Shown here piece after piece: positions 55,400-64,000 of a DNA stretch of 64,000 nucleotides (position 1 is the stretch's first letter; the number at the start of each line of letters is the position of its first letter). The notes beneath the pieces are model-generated. The model searched no databases and was not told the DNA's origin. It saw only the letters and a list, made by a program, of their open reading frames with translations. Source of the stretch: a virus; IMG/VR virus record IMGVR_UViG_3300045988_119718, positions 96,001-160,000 of that record; one strand, written 5' to 3'. The position numbers and the translations under genes were made by a program.

Positions 55400-56773
55400 A
55401 CCATCGAAGTCTGCTGCCATAGTTGCAAGAATCTGTAAAGGCATACCCATTGTGTAGTCATCATTAATAGCTACACATTGTACTGCCAGAATAGAACCAT
55501 AATTAATTGTAGGATTACGATTAATCAATACATTAATACCAGAAGTATCGATGATATTTTGAATAATATCTCTAATACGTTTATCCTCTTTCAGTAATCC
55601 TTGCTTATATCTCATATATGCTGTATTATATGAAATATTATAAGTTCTTACTAAAATATTAATTACAGTCTGTTGAAGTAATTCCAATAATGTAAAATAA
55701 GATAATGTAACCTGATCTACTCTAAGTTTAGGGTCGGGAACAATAACTGATCTAGATGTAAATCCACATCTACCACCAATCAGTCTTTTAATAACACCAT
55801 TCTTATCTTTGCAGATATTAATTACTTCAGTATACAGCTCCAGATATCTCTGTTGAAGATTCCACAATAGTACATTTCTATGTTTTGGAATTCTGTAAAT
55901 AGACAATGTGTCATCATTAATCTTAGCTGCTAACTTAGCCATCATATTATAGATACCATTGGTTTTTTCATATGTAAATCTACCATCTCTTCTATCAAAT
56001 GGTCTAAGAGCTGTAGAATACACTGGAATACTATGAATAAAGATTTTATCTCTATTCTCTAAGATATCTTGATAATAATCAGGTTTCTTATTTTTATTCT
56101 TCTTATGAAAATATTCTAGGATTTCATCAAATCTATGATAAAATTCAATCAATCCAATTCCTTTATACTTTTCATCTAACTTAGTCTTTCTAGTAGACCT
56201 CTTAGCTGTAGATTTAATAATTTTAGAAGAATACTTTTGTACTGGTTTACCATTTTCATCGAGATCAATAATTGGTTCTACAATAGAAGCAAACTGATCT
56301 TTACCAATATAGCTTTCCAATACATAGAATAAATTCGGATGAATAATTGGATATCCTTCTTTAAGAGTAATCCAACCAGTCATCTCAAAATCTTCACCTA
56401 CATAGATTACTCTGGAATGACAATATGGGCAGATCATTCCTTCATAATTCTTCCCTTGTGTTCTTTTGCATTTACAAGAATATCTATCTGTAAATGCATC
56501 AGGGTCTTGCATAGTTTTTGTAAACTTGGATGAGAAAATAGAATTATCGCTTTTTAATCCTACATCAATAGCTTTCTTATCATCCTCAGGTTCATCAATA
56601 ATAAACCCTTTTCCCGATATCAGGTCTTTTGCTTTCTCTTCATCTAGATTTAATCGTAACAACCTAGTTTGGAAAGTAAACTTCTTTGATACTGGATAAT
56701 TAACGGTTAAGTTTAATTCCATATTACTCTCCTTCTCTTTAAAAACAAATAAAAAAGAATGAGTCAAGCTCAT
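55400..56773 (-). CDS. rpoC: RNA polymerase beta-prime subunit (N-terminal-half gene), exon 1 (458 aa, ending ...AADFDG).
   Basis: Zn-finger CKCKRTQGKNYEGMICPYCHSRV (E. coli [23 protein letters not shown]). VLINRNPTINYGSILAV aligns with VLLNRAPTLHRLGIQAF. The ORF stops one codon after DFDG. Confidence 0.7.
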
Positions 56774-56784
56774 TCTTTTTTATA
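56741..56784. terminator. Bidirectional terminator.
   Basis: Hairpin AAGAATGAGTCAAGCTCATTCTT with A/T runs on both sides. Confidence 0.45.
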
Positions 56785-56788
56785 TTAT

Positions 56789-57085
56789 CTACTTGTTTTT
56801 ATCTTTGTCAATCTTAATATGAATACCGCTATCATCTTTTTTAAATTTTATTTTAAGATCAAACAGTATATTTGCAATATCACTAAGTACTCCAGCTACA
56901 CCACTACTTTCTGTTGGGCTATCATCTGGATAATAGTTTCTCTTAATTCTATGAGTATTGGATTTATCAATACGATTAACGACATGTCTCAATTCTTTCT
57001 TTTCATCTGTCATAATAAACATCCTTCCCATAAAAATAATTGTTACTGAATATGATGAGGCATGGTATTCATAGCAAAAATACAA
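56789..57085 (-). CDS. Hypothetical protein (98 aa).
   Basis: ORF only. Confidence 0.35.
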   Translation of the reverse strand: MYFCYEYHASSYSVTIIFMGRMFIMTDEKKELRHVVNRIDKSNTHRIKRNYYPDDSPTESSGVAGVLSDIANILFDLKIKFKKDDSGIHIKIDKDKNK

Positions 57086-57351
57086 CCGTCATCATATGAG
57101 CACTCAGGTATTCCTTTAAGATTGATATCTACATGAGTTAAAGCTTCATTGAAAATATCAAATAAATGCATAATTTTACCGTCTGGATATTTGATTTTCC
57201 AATCCAGCATTCGTCTTATATCAACATTCATCTCGATATCATTATCATTATATAAGGTATATACTTCTTTACCTTTCTCATCGATAATCTTTAACTCATA
57301 ATCAGTATTGTTTTGTATCATCATTATTATCACCTTCTTTACTAACAACAA
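57043..57351 (-). CDS. Hypothetical protein (102 aa).
   Basis: ORF only. Confidence 0.35.
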   Translation of the reverse strand: MLLVKKVIIMMIQNNTDYELKIIDEKGKEVYTLYNDNDIEMNVDIRRMLDWKIKYPDGKIMHLFDIFNEALTHVDINLKGIPECSYDDGCIFAMNTMPHHIQ

Positions 57352-57754
57352 TAGACTGATTATGCCACAACTTAATCATTCTTTTATAAAGCAAATTAAG
57401 CCTTCTTACTTTGTTATACCTTTTAGAAAAAGTATAGTACAAACTAAGAATACAAATATTAGATGGCTTAGGAATGGCAGCAAAATCACTTTCTTGTTTC
57501 GCATCACGTACCATATTCATAATAACCTCAGAATTCCAAACAAGATTTCCATGATTATCGTAAATGTCACTCATTGGATTATCAATAATTTGTTTATCGA
57601 AATCATACAACGCATTATAAACCTCAGGTTTATAATTACCATTAGCATCTTTACATACGCTAAAGAAATACCTTTCAATAGCTGTTGTAGGAATAGCGAT
57701 AACGTTTGTAGGCAAACGATCATTAGAACCTTTTTTATCAAATACTAATTTCAT
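57302..57754 (-). CDS. Hypothetical protein (150 aa); paralog of 57941..58378.
   Basis: Shared core ..PTT..E...F......GN.KP.VYN.LY.....I.DN...D.Y. Confidence 0.4.
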   Translation of the reverse strand: MKLVFDKKGSNDRLPTNVIAIPTTAIERYFFSVCKDANGNYKPEVYNALYDFDKQIIDNPMSDIYDNHGNLVWNSEVIMNMVRDAKQESDFAAIPKPSNICILSLYYTFSKRYNKVRRLNLLYKRMIKLWHNQSIVVSKEGDNNDDTKQY

Positions 57755-57797
57755 TTTAATTACTCCTTTACTTCATACAAAATAAGTGCTACAAAAT

Positions 57798-57953
57798 TCA
57801 TATACACATGATCCCCAGTAGATGAAGTTTTATATCAATAATTTTACCTTTATCCTCTGCTTGAATTTCTGTAATACGTTCATTAATTAAACTTTCTATA
57901 GAATAATCACGATCAGTTACAGTATTATATTTAACGCACGCTACTTGTACCAT
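57798..57953 (-). CDS. Small ORF (51 aa, MVQVACVKYNTVTDRDYSIESLINERITEIQAEDKGKIIDIKLHLLGIMCI) with a strong RBS.
   Basis: GGAGGAAG lies 6 nt upstream of the ATG in an unannotated gap. Confidence 0.3.
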   Translation of the reverse strand: MVQVACVKYNTVTDRDYSIESLINERITEIQAEDKGKIIDIKLHLLGIMCI

Positions 57954-58378
57954 TTTTCTTCCTCCGTATCTTTGAGTAAAATATCTATACCAGCCTTAAT
58001 AATTTTATCTGTCATTTCACGATTATTATTAATAGTATAGAATAAGTCGATCAAGCACAAAGTACTAGGCTTTAGAAATGGTAATTTTTTTATAGTCCAC
58101 TTATCTTCTTCTTTATCACGCAACCTTTCTACTTCATCCTTAATAATTTGGGATGCAATATATGCATCCCTATTGTCATCACCATAACTATCATGAAAAA
58201 TATTATCAACAATACCATCTCTGTAATTGTATAACATATTATACACAGATGGTTTAATATTTCCATGCTCATCAGTGGACTTCTTAATAAATTCTTTCTC
58301 CTCTTCTGTTGTTGGAACACAACAGATTCGATTTTTTTCAAATAATAAGCATTCATCATCATCAACACGAATTATCAT
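57941..58378 (-). CDS. Hypothetical protein (145 aa); paralog of 57302..57754.
   Basis: See above. Confidence 0.4.
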   Translation of the reverse strand: MIIRVDDDECLLFEKNRICCVPTTEEEKEFIKKSTDEHGNIKPSVYNMLYNYRDGIVDNIFHDSYGDDNRDAYIASQIIKDEVERLRDKEEDKWTIKKLPFLKPSTLCLIDLFYTINNNREMTDKIIKAGIDILLKDTEEEKWYK

Positions 58379-58460
58379 TTAATATTACTCCTTTCTTAAA
58401 TACAATCTGAAGATTTCAGATTATTATACATTCAATAATATAATATACAATTATTTTTAA

Positions 58461-58488
58461 TTTTTAAAATATACTGAGCCTAATATTA
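58461..58488 (-). terminator. Terminator hairpin ATACTGAGCCTAATATTAGGCTCAGTAT.
   Basis: Perfect inverted repeat 3' of gene 58503..58751. Confidence 0.45.
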
Positions 58489-58502
58489 GGCTCAGTATAG
58501 TA

Positions 58503-58751
58503 TTATCTATTTTTATATTTAACCATCAAGATATTACCAATTCTTATAGGCAATACATTAGCATATACTCTAGATTCAGCATCTATAGATATATTAAGTT
58601 TAACCCCTCTAGGGCCTATCATTTTATAGTCTGACTGTTTTACTCTAGTACCATTAATATCTATTGATATAATACGTGCATTCATTCTATACTTATAGTT
58701 ATTAGAGAAGTAAAATTCATTACCGTTCTTTCTTACTAGTTCTATTCTCAT
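58503..58751 (-). CDS. Hypothetical protein (82 aa).
   Basis: ORF only. Confidence 0.35.
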   Translation of the reverse strand: MRIELVRKNGNEFYFSNNYKYRMNARIISIDINGTRVKQSDYKMIGPRGVKLNISIDAESRVYANVLPIRIGNILMVKYKNR

Positions 58752-58755
58752 AATA

Positions 58756-60012
58756 TCACTTCTTTAATCCGAATGCTTTCCATACATCTATTTCATGAAG
58801 TTTAACTGTAGAGTCATGGAATGCCTTTAATGCTTTAAGCTTTAATGCTGATGCTACTTGTGGCATAGCAACACCAATATCTTTAAATCCCGCTCTATAG
58901 AATAGATTTCCTGCACATACATTACAAATCTTATTAGGTTCTTTATATTCACATAAAGAAGAGAATCTCATTCTAACTGTTTTACCTAAATATTTATCTT
59001 TATTAGTAGAATTCAATTCTATAAGTTTATTTCCTTCTACTATATAAGAATACATCATAAGTTTAATATTATACTTATCTAATGTAATTTCTATAGTTCT
59101 CTTAGTACCACAATCAGTTCCTTTAGGAGCTAAAGTAAGATGCTGAAATGCTCTTAATAATAGTTTTTCATTGTACCCGCCTTCAGGGGTCTTCTTAGAT
59201 CTAGAATATGGGCCAGCTGCTAATGCTTTAGCTAATTTAGAATAATCATCTCTAGAAATACCATCAATGTAACTTGACATAGCTACGTCATAACCCTTAG
59301 TAGGGTCTGGGTCTTTAATAGCACCTTTCATTACAAAGATATTTTTAAAGTTATTAGCAAAAGAACCTTTAGCTTTGGAATCATACATATCCATAGATAT
59401 ATCATCTTTAAGTTCTTTTTTAGCATAGTCTAATAATTCTTTTTCTATCTTATCCGCAGCATACATATTTCTTTCTGGATCTGCTAATTCATCTGCATAT
59501 TTCTTTTCTAATTGTTTTTTCATTTTATCAATCTTATAAGAAATAGTAAGCATGTTTGTAGTAAATCCAGAGCATAGTATATTACAATAAGGCTGGAATT
59601 TCTGCTGTCTCATTAAATATCTTTTTAATGCAGACAATGGTAATCTATCTTCCATAATAGCATATGAAATCTGATCATTCATATCGCCTAATACATCTTT
59701 ATTTATAGGCTTATTGATATAATGGAATAAATCAAATAAGTCTTGTTCTATAAAACACTTATTGAACCACCATCTACCTAAAGTAGTAGTAAAAGTATTT
59801 TTATTCTTCTTATTACCAATACCATAAGAATTAGGTGGAATAGTAATAATATCATATGTATTATACTTTGGTGCTTTACCATTTAAAGTACCAAAAGTTT
59901 CCATAAGTTTAGAAAGAGATTCTACATCTTTTTGAGATAAATTTAAAAAATAATCTACTTCATCTTTGTTTGTAATCTTTCTAGCAACACGTTTGTTAGT
60001 AGATACTGCCAT
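58756..60012 (-). CDS. Hypothetical protein (418 aa).
   Basis: ORF with its own RBS AAGGTGG inside the 3' end of the HNH gene. Confidence 0.4.
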   Translation of the reverse strand: MAVSTNKRVARKITNKDEVDYFLNLSQKDVESLSKLMETFGTLNGKAPKYNTYDIITIPPNSYGIGNKKNKNTFTTTLGRWWFNKCFIEQDLFDLFHYINKPINKDVLGDMNDQISYAIMEDRLPLSALKRYLMRQQKFQPYCNILCSGFTTNMLTISYKIDKMKKQLEKKYADELADPERNMYAADKIEKELLDYAKKELKDDISMDMYDSKAKGSFANNFKNIFVMKGAIKDPDPTKGYDVAMSSYIDGISRDDYSKLAKALAAGPYSRSKKTPEGGYNEKLLLRAFQHLTLAPKGTDCGTKRTIEITLDKYNIKLMMYSYIVEGNKLIELNSTNKDKYLGKTVRMRFSSLCEYKEPNKICNVCAGNLFYRAGFKDIGVAMPQVASALKLKALKAFHDSTVKLHEIDVWKAFGLKK

Positions 60013-60015
60013 TTA

Positions 60016-61068
60016 TTAGCTCACCACCTTTTTATATATTCTACCTTTATAAACATTAGAGGCAACTATACCATTTAATCTATTTTTTATATTGCCTCTA
60101 TCTTTTTCAACATAATTATTAGCTCTAAGATATTTATTTAACCCTCTATATTTTCCTATAAATTCATTAGTGGCTTCGTCATATACTTCAAATTCAAGAT
60201 TATACCTTCTATTATTAGATTGCTCTTCTTGTGTTGCCCATGTACAATTTTCAGGAGAATAGTCTTTATTTACATCTATTCTATCCATAGTTGTATTTAT
60301 TAATCCATGTTTATCAGCAAATTCTTTAAAAGAGTTCCAATTATCTAAAAAATAATTATGGAAATCATGCCATCTATCACAAACTTTTATACCTCTCCCG
60401 CCATATAACTTGTAACGATTATTAGATGGATTATAACGTTGCATCATACCTCTCCATCTTTTATAAAAAGCTCTATATGAAGGATCAGTTCTATCCTCGA
60501 TTTCGTTGTAAATTAAATGAGAATATTCATCATGCTTAGTTCCATGCCTTTTACAAAAATTACTGTAATATATTTCTTTTGTATATCCGCAAATTTTACA
60601 TTTAGCTAAAAATCTAGGCATATTATTTTTATATCCTAAAAATTTAATTAATACCATATCTTCAATAGTTTCTCCGACTTTTTCTTTATAATAATCTTCT
60701 TCACAATTTAGCCTATTGTGAAAATAATTATATTTTATAAAATTACTTTTTAATACTTTTTTTATATGCCCACATTTAGTGCATTGAATATTGCAGTATT
60801 GCTCATTACGATCTGTATACTCATCTAAAAGCTCTTTAAACTTATAATCAGTTCTAACTACATTTTTCAAAAAATCTTCATTGCAAGTATCTAGCGAATG
60901 CTTATAATGATATAACGTAATACTCTGCTTTGTTATATGTTTAATATGACCGCATTTAGTGCATTGAATAGTATAAACAGGGGCATAATGTTTATTTCTT
61001 CCATCATACGATATAATTTGGTAATCACCGATTATTTCTCCGACTAAATCTGAATAATTAGTTTTCAT
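60016..61068 (-). CDS. HNH homing endonuclease (350 aa) with three N-terminal Zn-ribbon-like repeats (C.KCGHIK).
   Basis: HNH_3-type motif: FYKRWRGMMQRY...GGRGIKVCDRWHDF...DRIDVNKDYSPENCTWATQEEQSNN. Strong RBS AAAAGGAG. Confidence 0.7.
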   Translation of the reverse strand: MKTNYSDLVGEIIGDYQIISYDGRNKHYAPVYTIQCTKCGHIKHITKQSITLYHYKHSLDTCNEDFLKNVVRTDYKFKELLDEYTDRNEQYCNIQCTKCGHIKKVLKSNFIKYNYFHNRLNCEEDYYKEKVGETIEDMVLIKFLGYKNNMPRFLAKCKICGYTKEIYYSNFCKRHGTKHDEYSHLIYNEIEDRTDPSYRAFYKRWRGMMQRYNPSNNRYKLYGGRGIKVCDRWHDFHNYFLDNWNSFKEFADKHGLINTTMDRIDVNKDYSPENCTWATQEEQSNNRRYNLEFEVYDEATNEFIGKYRGLNKYLRANNYVEKDRGNIKNRLNGIVASNVYKGRIYKKVVS

Positions 61069-61557
61069 ATGCTAATATCTCCTTTTATTTTTATATTAAT
61101 ATAAGTGCTATAAAAACTAATTATTAATTTTTGGTTTTATTGTATTTTTAGAAGTAAATACTATAGTTAATAGTTATTGACTTACGTAAATCGATCAATG
61201 CATTTTTATTCGCTTAGAGTCGTTAATTCTAAACCGCTTATTTAAAGCCGCTTTATGTCTCCATAAAGAGTAGATCATATCATAATCTCTATTAAAGAGA
61301 TTTCTCCCATTTCCACCCACTTGGATGTACGTCATAAAGACTGATCGTTGAACCTTCTCTATAAAAGAGCTTGGCTGCTGATTGTGCATTGTTTATACCT
61401 TTTAGGTTTTAGCCATGAGGCATCATAAAGATTGTTTCTGTTTTTCAACAACCTATGTTTAAAATATAGGTTCTTTATGCTTTAGCAGTTTCCAGCAATT
61501 AAGGAGATTTGCAAATCTATATCGCTATAGACTGGAACCATTGAATAATAATATAGC
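61069..61557 (-). mobile_element. Second group I intron-like element, homologous to 55033..55399. Its boundaries and exons are not resolved.
   Basis: P AATTGCTGGAAA, Q AATCAGCAGC, R GTTCAACGATCA, S TATGATATGATC. The P7 pairing has co-varied to GATCA/TGATC. The embedded ORF 61195..61389 is probably spurious. Confidence 0.5.
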
Positions 61558-62394
61558 TTAACGCTTGTTATTATCGCTTAATTCATTTGGTATGTTTAAC
61601 CTAGTTACAGGTCTGATATTCATATATTCAGCATTATCCACTGTATCAGACAATTTACCATCTGTTTTTACATAACCAGTACAAAGAGAGATAGAGTTAA
61701 TTCTAGCATCATTCAATCCTGTACCATAAAAGAAAAAGTCTCTACAATCGTCTTTGGTAATAGACATCTGCATTGAAACTATAGATTCTACTTCCATATC
61801 AGTAGACTCTTGTGTTGTATATACATTAGCGTCTATAGGAGTACCATCTGTAAATTGCTGTGTAAATACTGGATTAGAATCAAACTTCTTAAAGTAATAT
61901 GCGATTCTATCTGATTTCTCTTTTCTACCAAAGTAAGTACCAGTCTTAGTATAGTCTCTCTGTACTGGGGTTAAATCAGTATCTGGAGTGGTGTATCTAA
62001 ATGGAACAATACCACCATAAGTATCTGTATAAGCTGGATTAATCCATGAAGCATATTTAGCTGCATATACTTGTGAATTTTCTCTACCGCAGCCATCTGT
62101 ACCTACACAGAACAAGCATACTTTTTCTAGTTTATTTTCAGTATTAGATTCTTCAGAATTAGCAAAAGTAAAATCAAGCATAGAATTATAGTTCGGTGTC
62201 TTTTCAGGTTCATCAATATCAAATAACAACCTAGCTATAAATCCACCACCAGCTAATGTCATAATATTATGAGTTGTGAATAATACTTCCCCAGTATCAG
62301 TATACCATGCTTTAATAACTGTTTTAAAATTAGTACGTTCACCAGTTATACCCATGGTATCTTTTAGAGATAAAGGTTTATTTATAATAGACAT
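61558..62394 (-). CDS. Hypothetical protein (278 aa). It lies immediately 5' of the intron-like element, so its 3' end may be misdefined.
   Basis: ORF only. Confidence 0.4.
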   Translation of the reverse strand: MSIINKPLSLKDTMGITGERTNFKTVIKAWYTDTGEVLFTTHNIMTLAGGGFIARLLFDIDEPEKTPNYNSMLDFTFANSEESNTENKLEKVCLFCVGTDGCGRENSQVYAAKYASWINPAYTDTYGGIVPFRYTTPDTDLTPVQRDYTKTGTYFGRKEKSDRIAYYFKKFDSNPVFTQQFTDGTPIDANVYTTQESTDMEVESIVSMQMSITKDDCRDFFFYGTGLNDARINSISLCTGYVKTDGKLSDTVDNAEYMNIRPVTRLNIPNELSDNNKR

Positions 62395-62448
62395 AAAATC
62401 CTCCTTTTTATCAATACAATATTATAGTAAAGTTGGAGGTTATAAATA

Positions 62449-62490
62449 CAAAAAAAAATAAAAGGTCGTAAGACCTTTTATTTTTAAATG
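62449..62490 (-). terminator. Rho-independent terminator (AAAGGTCGTAAGACCTTT flanked by A9 and T9).
   Basis: 3' of gene 62503..62970. A near-duplicate lies at 63057..63092. Confidence 0.55.
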
Positions 62491-62502
62491 ATGAATCAAA
62501 GC

Positions 62503-62970
62503 TTAATATAGTTTTGTTGCATTCAGAAGTTGTTTCAACAGGTCTTTCTGCTGCTGCATATCATCCTGTAGGTGTTGCAGATCCATAGTAACCTCATCTC
62601 TCATATTGCTAATATGCTGATATATCGCATTTAATGCAGCAATACCAGGATGTGCTGCGTCACTAGAGAATTTATCTCTAGTAGAAGAACAAAAAGTTTC
62701 ATAGGGGTAAAGTTTTTCCCATTTATTTTCTACGAATGCATAAACCCTTTTCGTTACAAATTTCATCTCATCGAATGAGATTACATGGTTCCACCATAAA
62801 TCGGTGGCAACCTGAGTGACTTTCACCCAAGCTTTAGTTAAAAGTTCTTCGGCTTCTGAGTAGTGACCTTCTTTAATCGTTTTTTCAAACTCCGCATCTA
62901 ACCGATTAATTACTACATTGATTACGTCTGCAATTAATTCTTTCTGTTCACTATTGTTATTGTTTTCCAT
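62503..62970 (-). CDS. Hypothetical protein (155 aa); paralog of 63101..63628.
   Basis: Shared ...LW(W/I)(N/H)(H/N)(V/H)ISF(D/A)(E/K)M... core and duplicated flanking regulatory sequence. Confidence 0.45.
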   Translation of the reverse strand: MENNNNSEQKELIADVINVVINRLDAEFEKTIKEGHYSEAEELLTKAWVKVTQVATDLWWNHVISFDEMKFVTKRVYAFVENKWEKLYPYETFCSSTRDKFSSDAAHPGIAALNAIYQHISNMRDEVTMDLQHLQDDMQQQKDLLKQLLNATKLY

Positions 62971-63056
62971 GATGTTCCTCCTTTAGGAAAATGGTAGAAT
63001 TATAGTCCACCTTGATTCACTATTATATTATATAGCTAAGTATTATTTTAAGAATT

Positions 63057-63092
63057 ACAAAAAATAAAAGGTCTTATGACCTTTTATTTCTA
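63057..63092 (-). terminator. Rho-independent terminator (AAAGGTCTTATGACCTTT).
   Basis: 3' of gene 63101..63628. Confidence 0.55.
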
Positions 63093-63100
63093 ACGATGCA

Positions 63101-63628
63101 TTACTTCATAATGATAATGATTGTGGAAAGTTTAGAAGACTTCATGCTCTTCTGCATTTCATCATACTCACGATATATCTCCTGAAGCTTCTCATTGATA
63201 TGACGATCAAATTCATCATAGTCAATGGATTCATGTTCTTTTACGCTTCTCTGATAGGTACCTTCAAACTCATGCCTTCTCTGTTCAGCTTCTCTATTGA
63301 ATTCTTCATCATCCTTTCTAGAAGCTTTATCCCAAAGCTCATCTCTCTTTACCTCTGCAAAACTGTGAAATCGATTTTTTAATTCTATCATTTTCGCAAA
63401 TGAGATATGGTTGTGGATCCACAACGAATCCACAAACGTAATAACAGTTGCCTCAAGTCGAGAAACAACTGTACGAGCTTTTCTAAACTCACCTTCATCG
63501 ATGAGTTCATAAAACTCTTCAGCTAATCTTCTCATGCTCTTTTCAAACATGGGAACATCAGGATGATTTGCAAGACCTAATTTGGCAACTTCGTTCATCA
63601 CTGCATTTACTAAATTTTCGCTTTTCAT
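63101..63628 (-). CDS. Hypothetical protein (175 aa); paralog of 62503..62970.
   Basis: See above. Confidence 0.45.
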   Translation of the reverse strand: MKSENLVNAVMNEVAKLGLANHPDVPMFEKSMRRLAEEFYELIDEGEFRKARTVVSRLEATVITFVDSLWIHNHISFAKMIELKNRFHSFAEVKRDELWDKASRKDDEEFNREAEQRRHEFEGTYQRSVKEHESIDYDEFDRHINEKLQEIYREYDEMQKSMKSSKLSTIIIIMK

Positions 63629-63753
63629 GATTGTTTTCCTCCTTTAGGAAACTGACTGGAGTAATCTTCTCCAGTAACATAGATAAATGAATACACTTAT
63701 ATATGTATTCATTGTTATAGTACATAAGTATAGATTATAAGTATTACAAAATA

Positions 63754-63779
63754 TACCCTACCTAATATTAGGTAGGGTA
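63754..63779 (-). terminator. Terminator hairpin TACCCTACCTAATATTAGGTAGGGTA.
   Basis: Perfect inverted repeat 3' of the partial gene at the window end. Confidence 0.45.
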
Positions 63780-63795
63780 ATATAATAAATTAATA

Positions 63796-64000
63796 ATCTG
63801 TAACAGTAGGAGGTATTTTATTTATTTCAGAAGACCAAGACATAACGACACTAACACCACCAACTTCTTCACCAAAGTCGGATTCGTATGTAAGTTGTAA
63901 CTCATATGTTTTTTTAGGTGTCACACCAACATAGCTAATACTAGTAGCTGAGTCACCATAACCAGTAACAGATGCCCAGATATTACTAGAACCACCAAGC
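63796..64000 (-). CDS. 3' portion of another polyG-family small protein (...MSWSSEINKIPPTVTDY*); its 5' end lies beyond the window.
   Basis: C-terminal family motif S.EIN...PT.TDY. Confidence 0.45.

Noticed and set aside
61195-61389. 64-aa ORF inside the second intron-like element
   Set aside because: It spans the conserved R, S and P9 structural segments and has no RBS. It is probably an incidental open frame. Intron-encoded ORFs of this size with no endonuclease motif are implausible.
1-64000. Diversity-generating retroelement as the source of fibre variability
   Set aside because: No reverse-transcriptase ORF and no template-repeat / variable-repeat pair with adenine-specific differences were seen. 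The variability looks like module shuffling plus polyG phase variation.
1-64000. tRNA genes and the tmRNA
   Set aside because: I scanned the non-coding gaps for cloverleaf-like GTTC..GAAC / TTCGAATC T-arm signatures and found none convincing. The only GTTCAACGA matches are the intron R elements. I cannot exclude tRNAs without tRNAscan.

Overview
This window looks like part of a large, AT-rich, virulent dsDNA phage genome. It is gene-dense, most genes are on the minus strand, genes carry strong AAGGAGG-type Shine-Dalgarno sites, and hairpin plus U-tract terminators are frequent. Coding includes a T4-type large terminase, an SF2 helicase, a PhoH-like ATPase, the C-terminal half of a family-B DNA polymerase, the N-terminal half of a bacterial-type RNA polymerase beta-prime subunit, a T7-lysozyme-like amidase and an HNH homing endonuclease. 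It also includes a very large paralogous repertoire of tail-fibre and receptor-binding proteins assembled from reshuffled modules: a repeated beta-sandwich repeat of about 68 aa, BspA-type leucine-rich repeats, a tail-collar domain, a YVTN beta-propeller and shared C-terminal domains.

Four things stand out:
- **Phage-borne SCIFF/ranthipeptide-like RiPP cluster (36.6-42.3 kb).** It has three radical-SAM/SPASM enzymes and two precursor proteins ending in an identical Cys-rich core, CQASCQSTCQISCQSCHGGTCHDKKCGGGF.
- **Hypermutable polyG tracts (G7-G11).** They sit exactly at the 5' ends of a family of small paralogous genes and at a domain junction of a receptor-binding protein. Most copies are frame-OFF as sequenced, which suggests phase-variable combinatorial expression.
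- **Two homologous group I introns.** Both have P, Q, R and S core elements and a compensatory P7 change. One interrupts the RNA polymerase beta-prime gene precisely inside the catalytic NADFDGD motif.
- **Compositional islands.** There is a GC-rich moron bracketed by duplicated terminators, and a higher-GC fibre gene.

I could not recognise any tRNA or CRISPR array.
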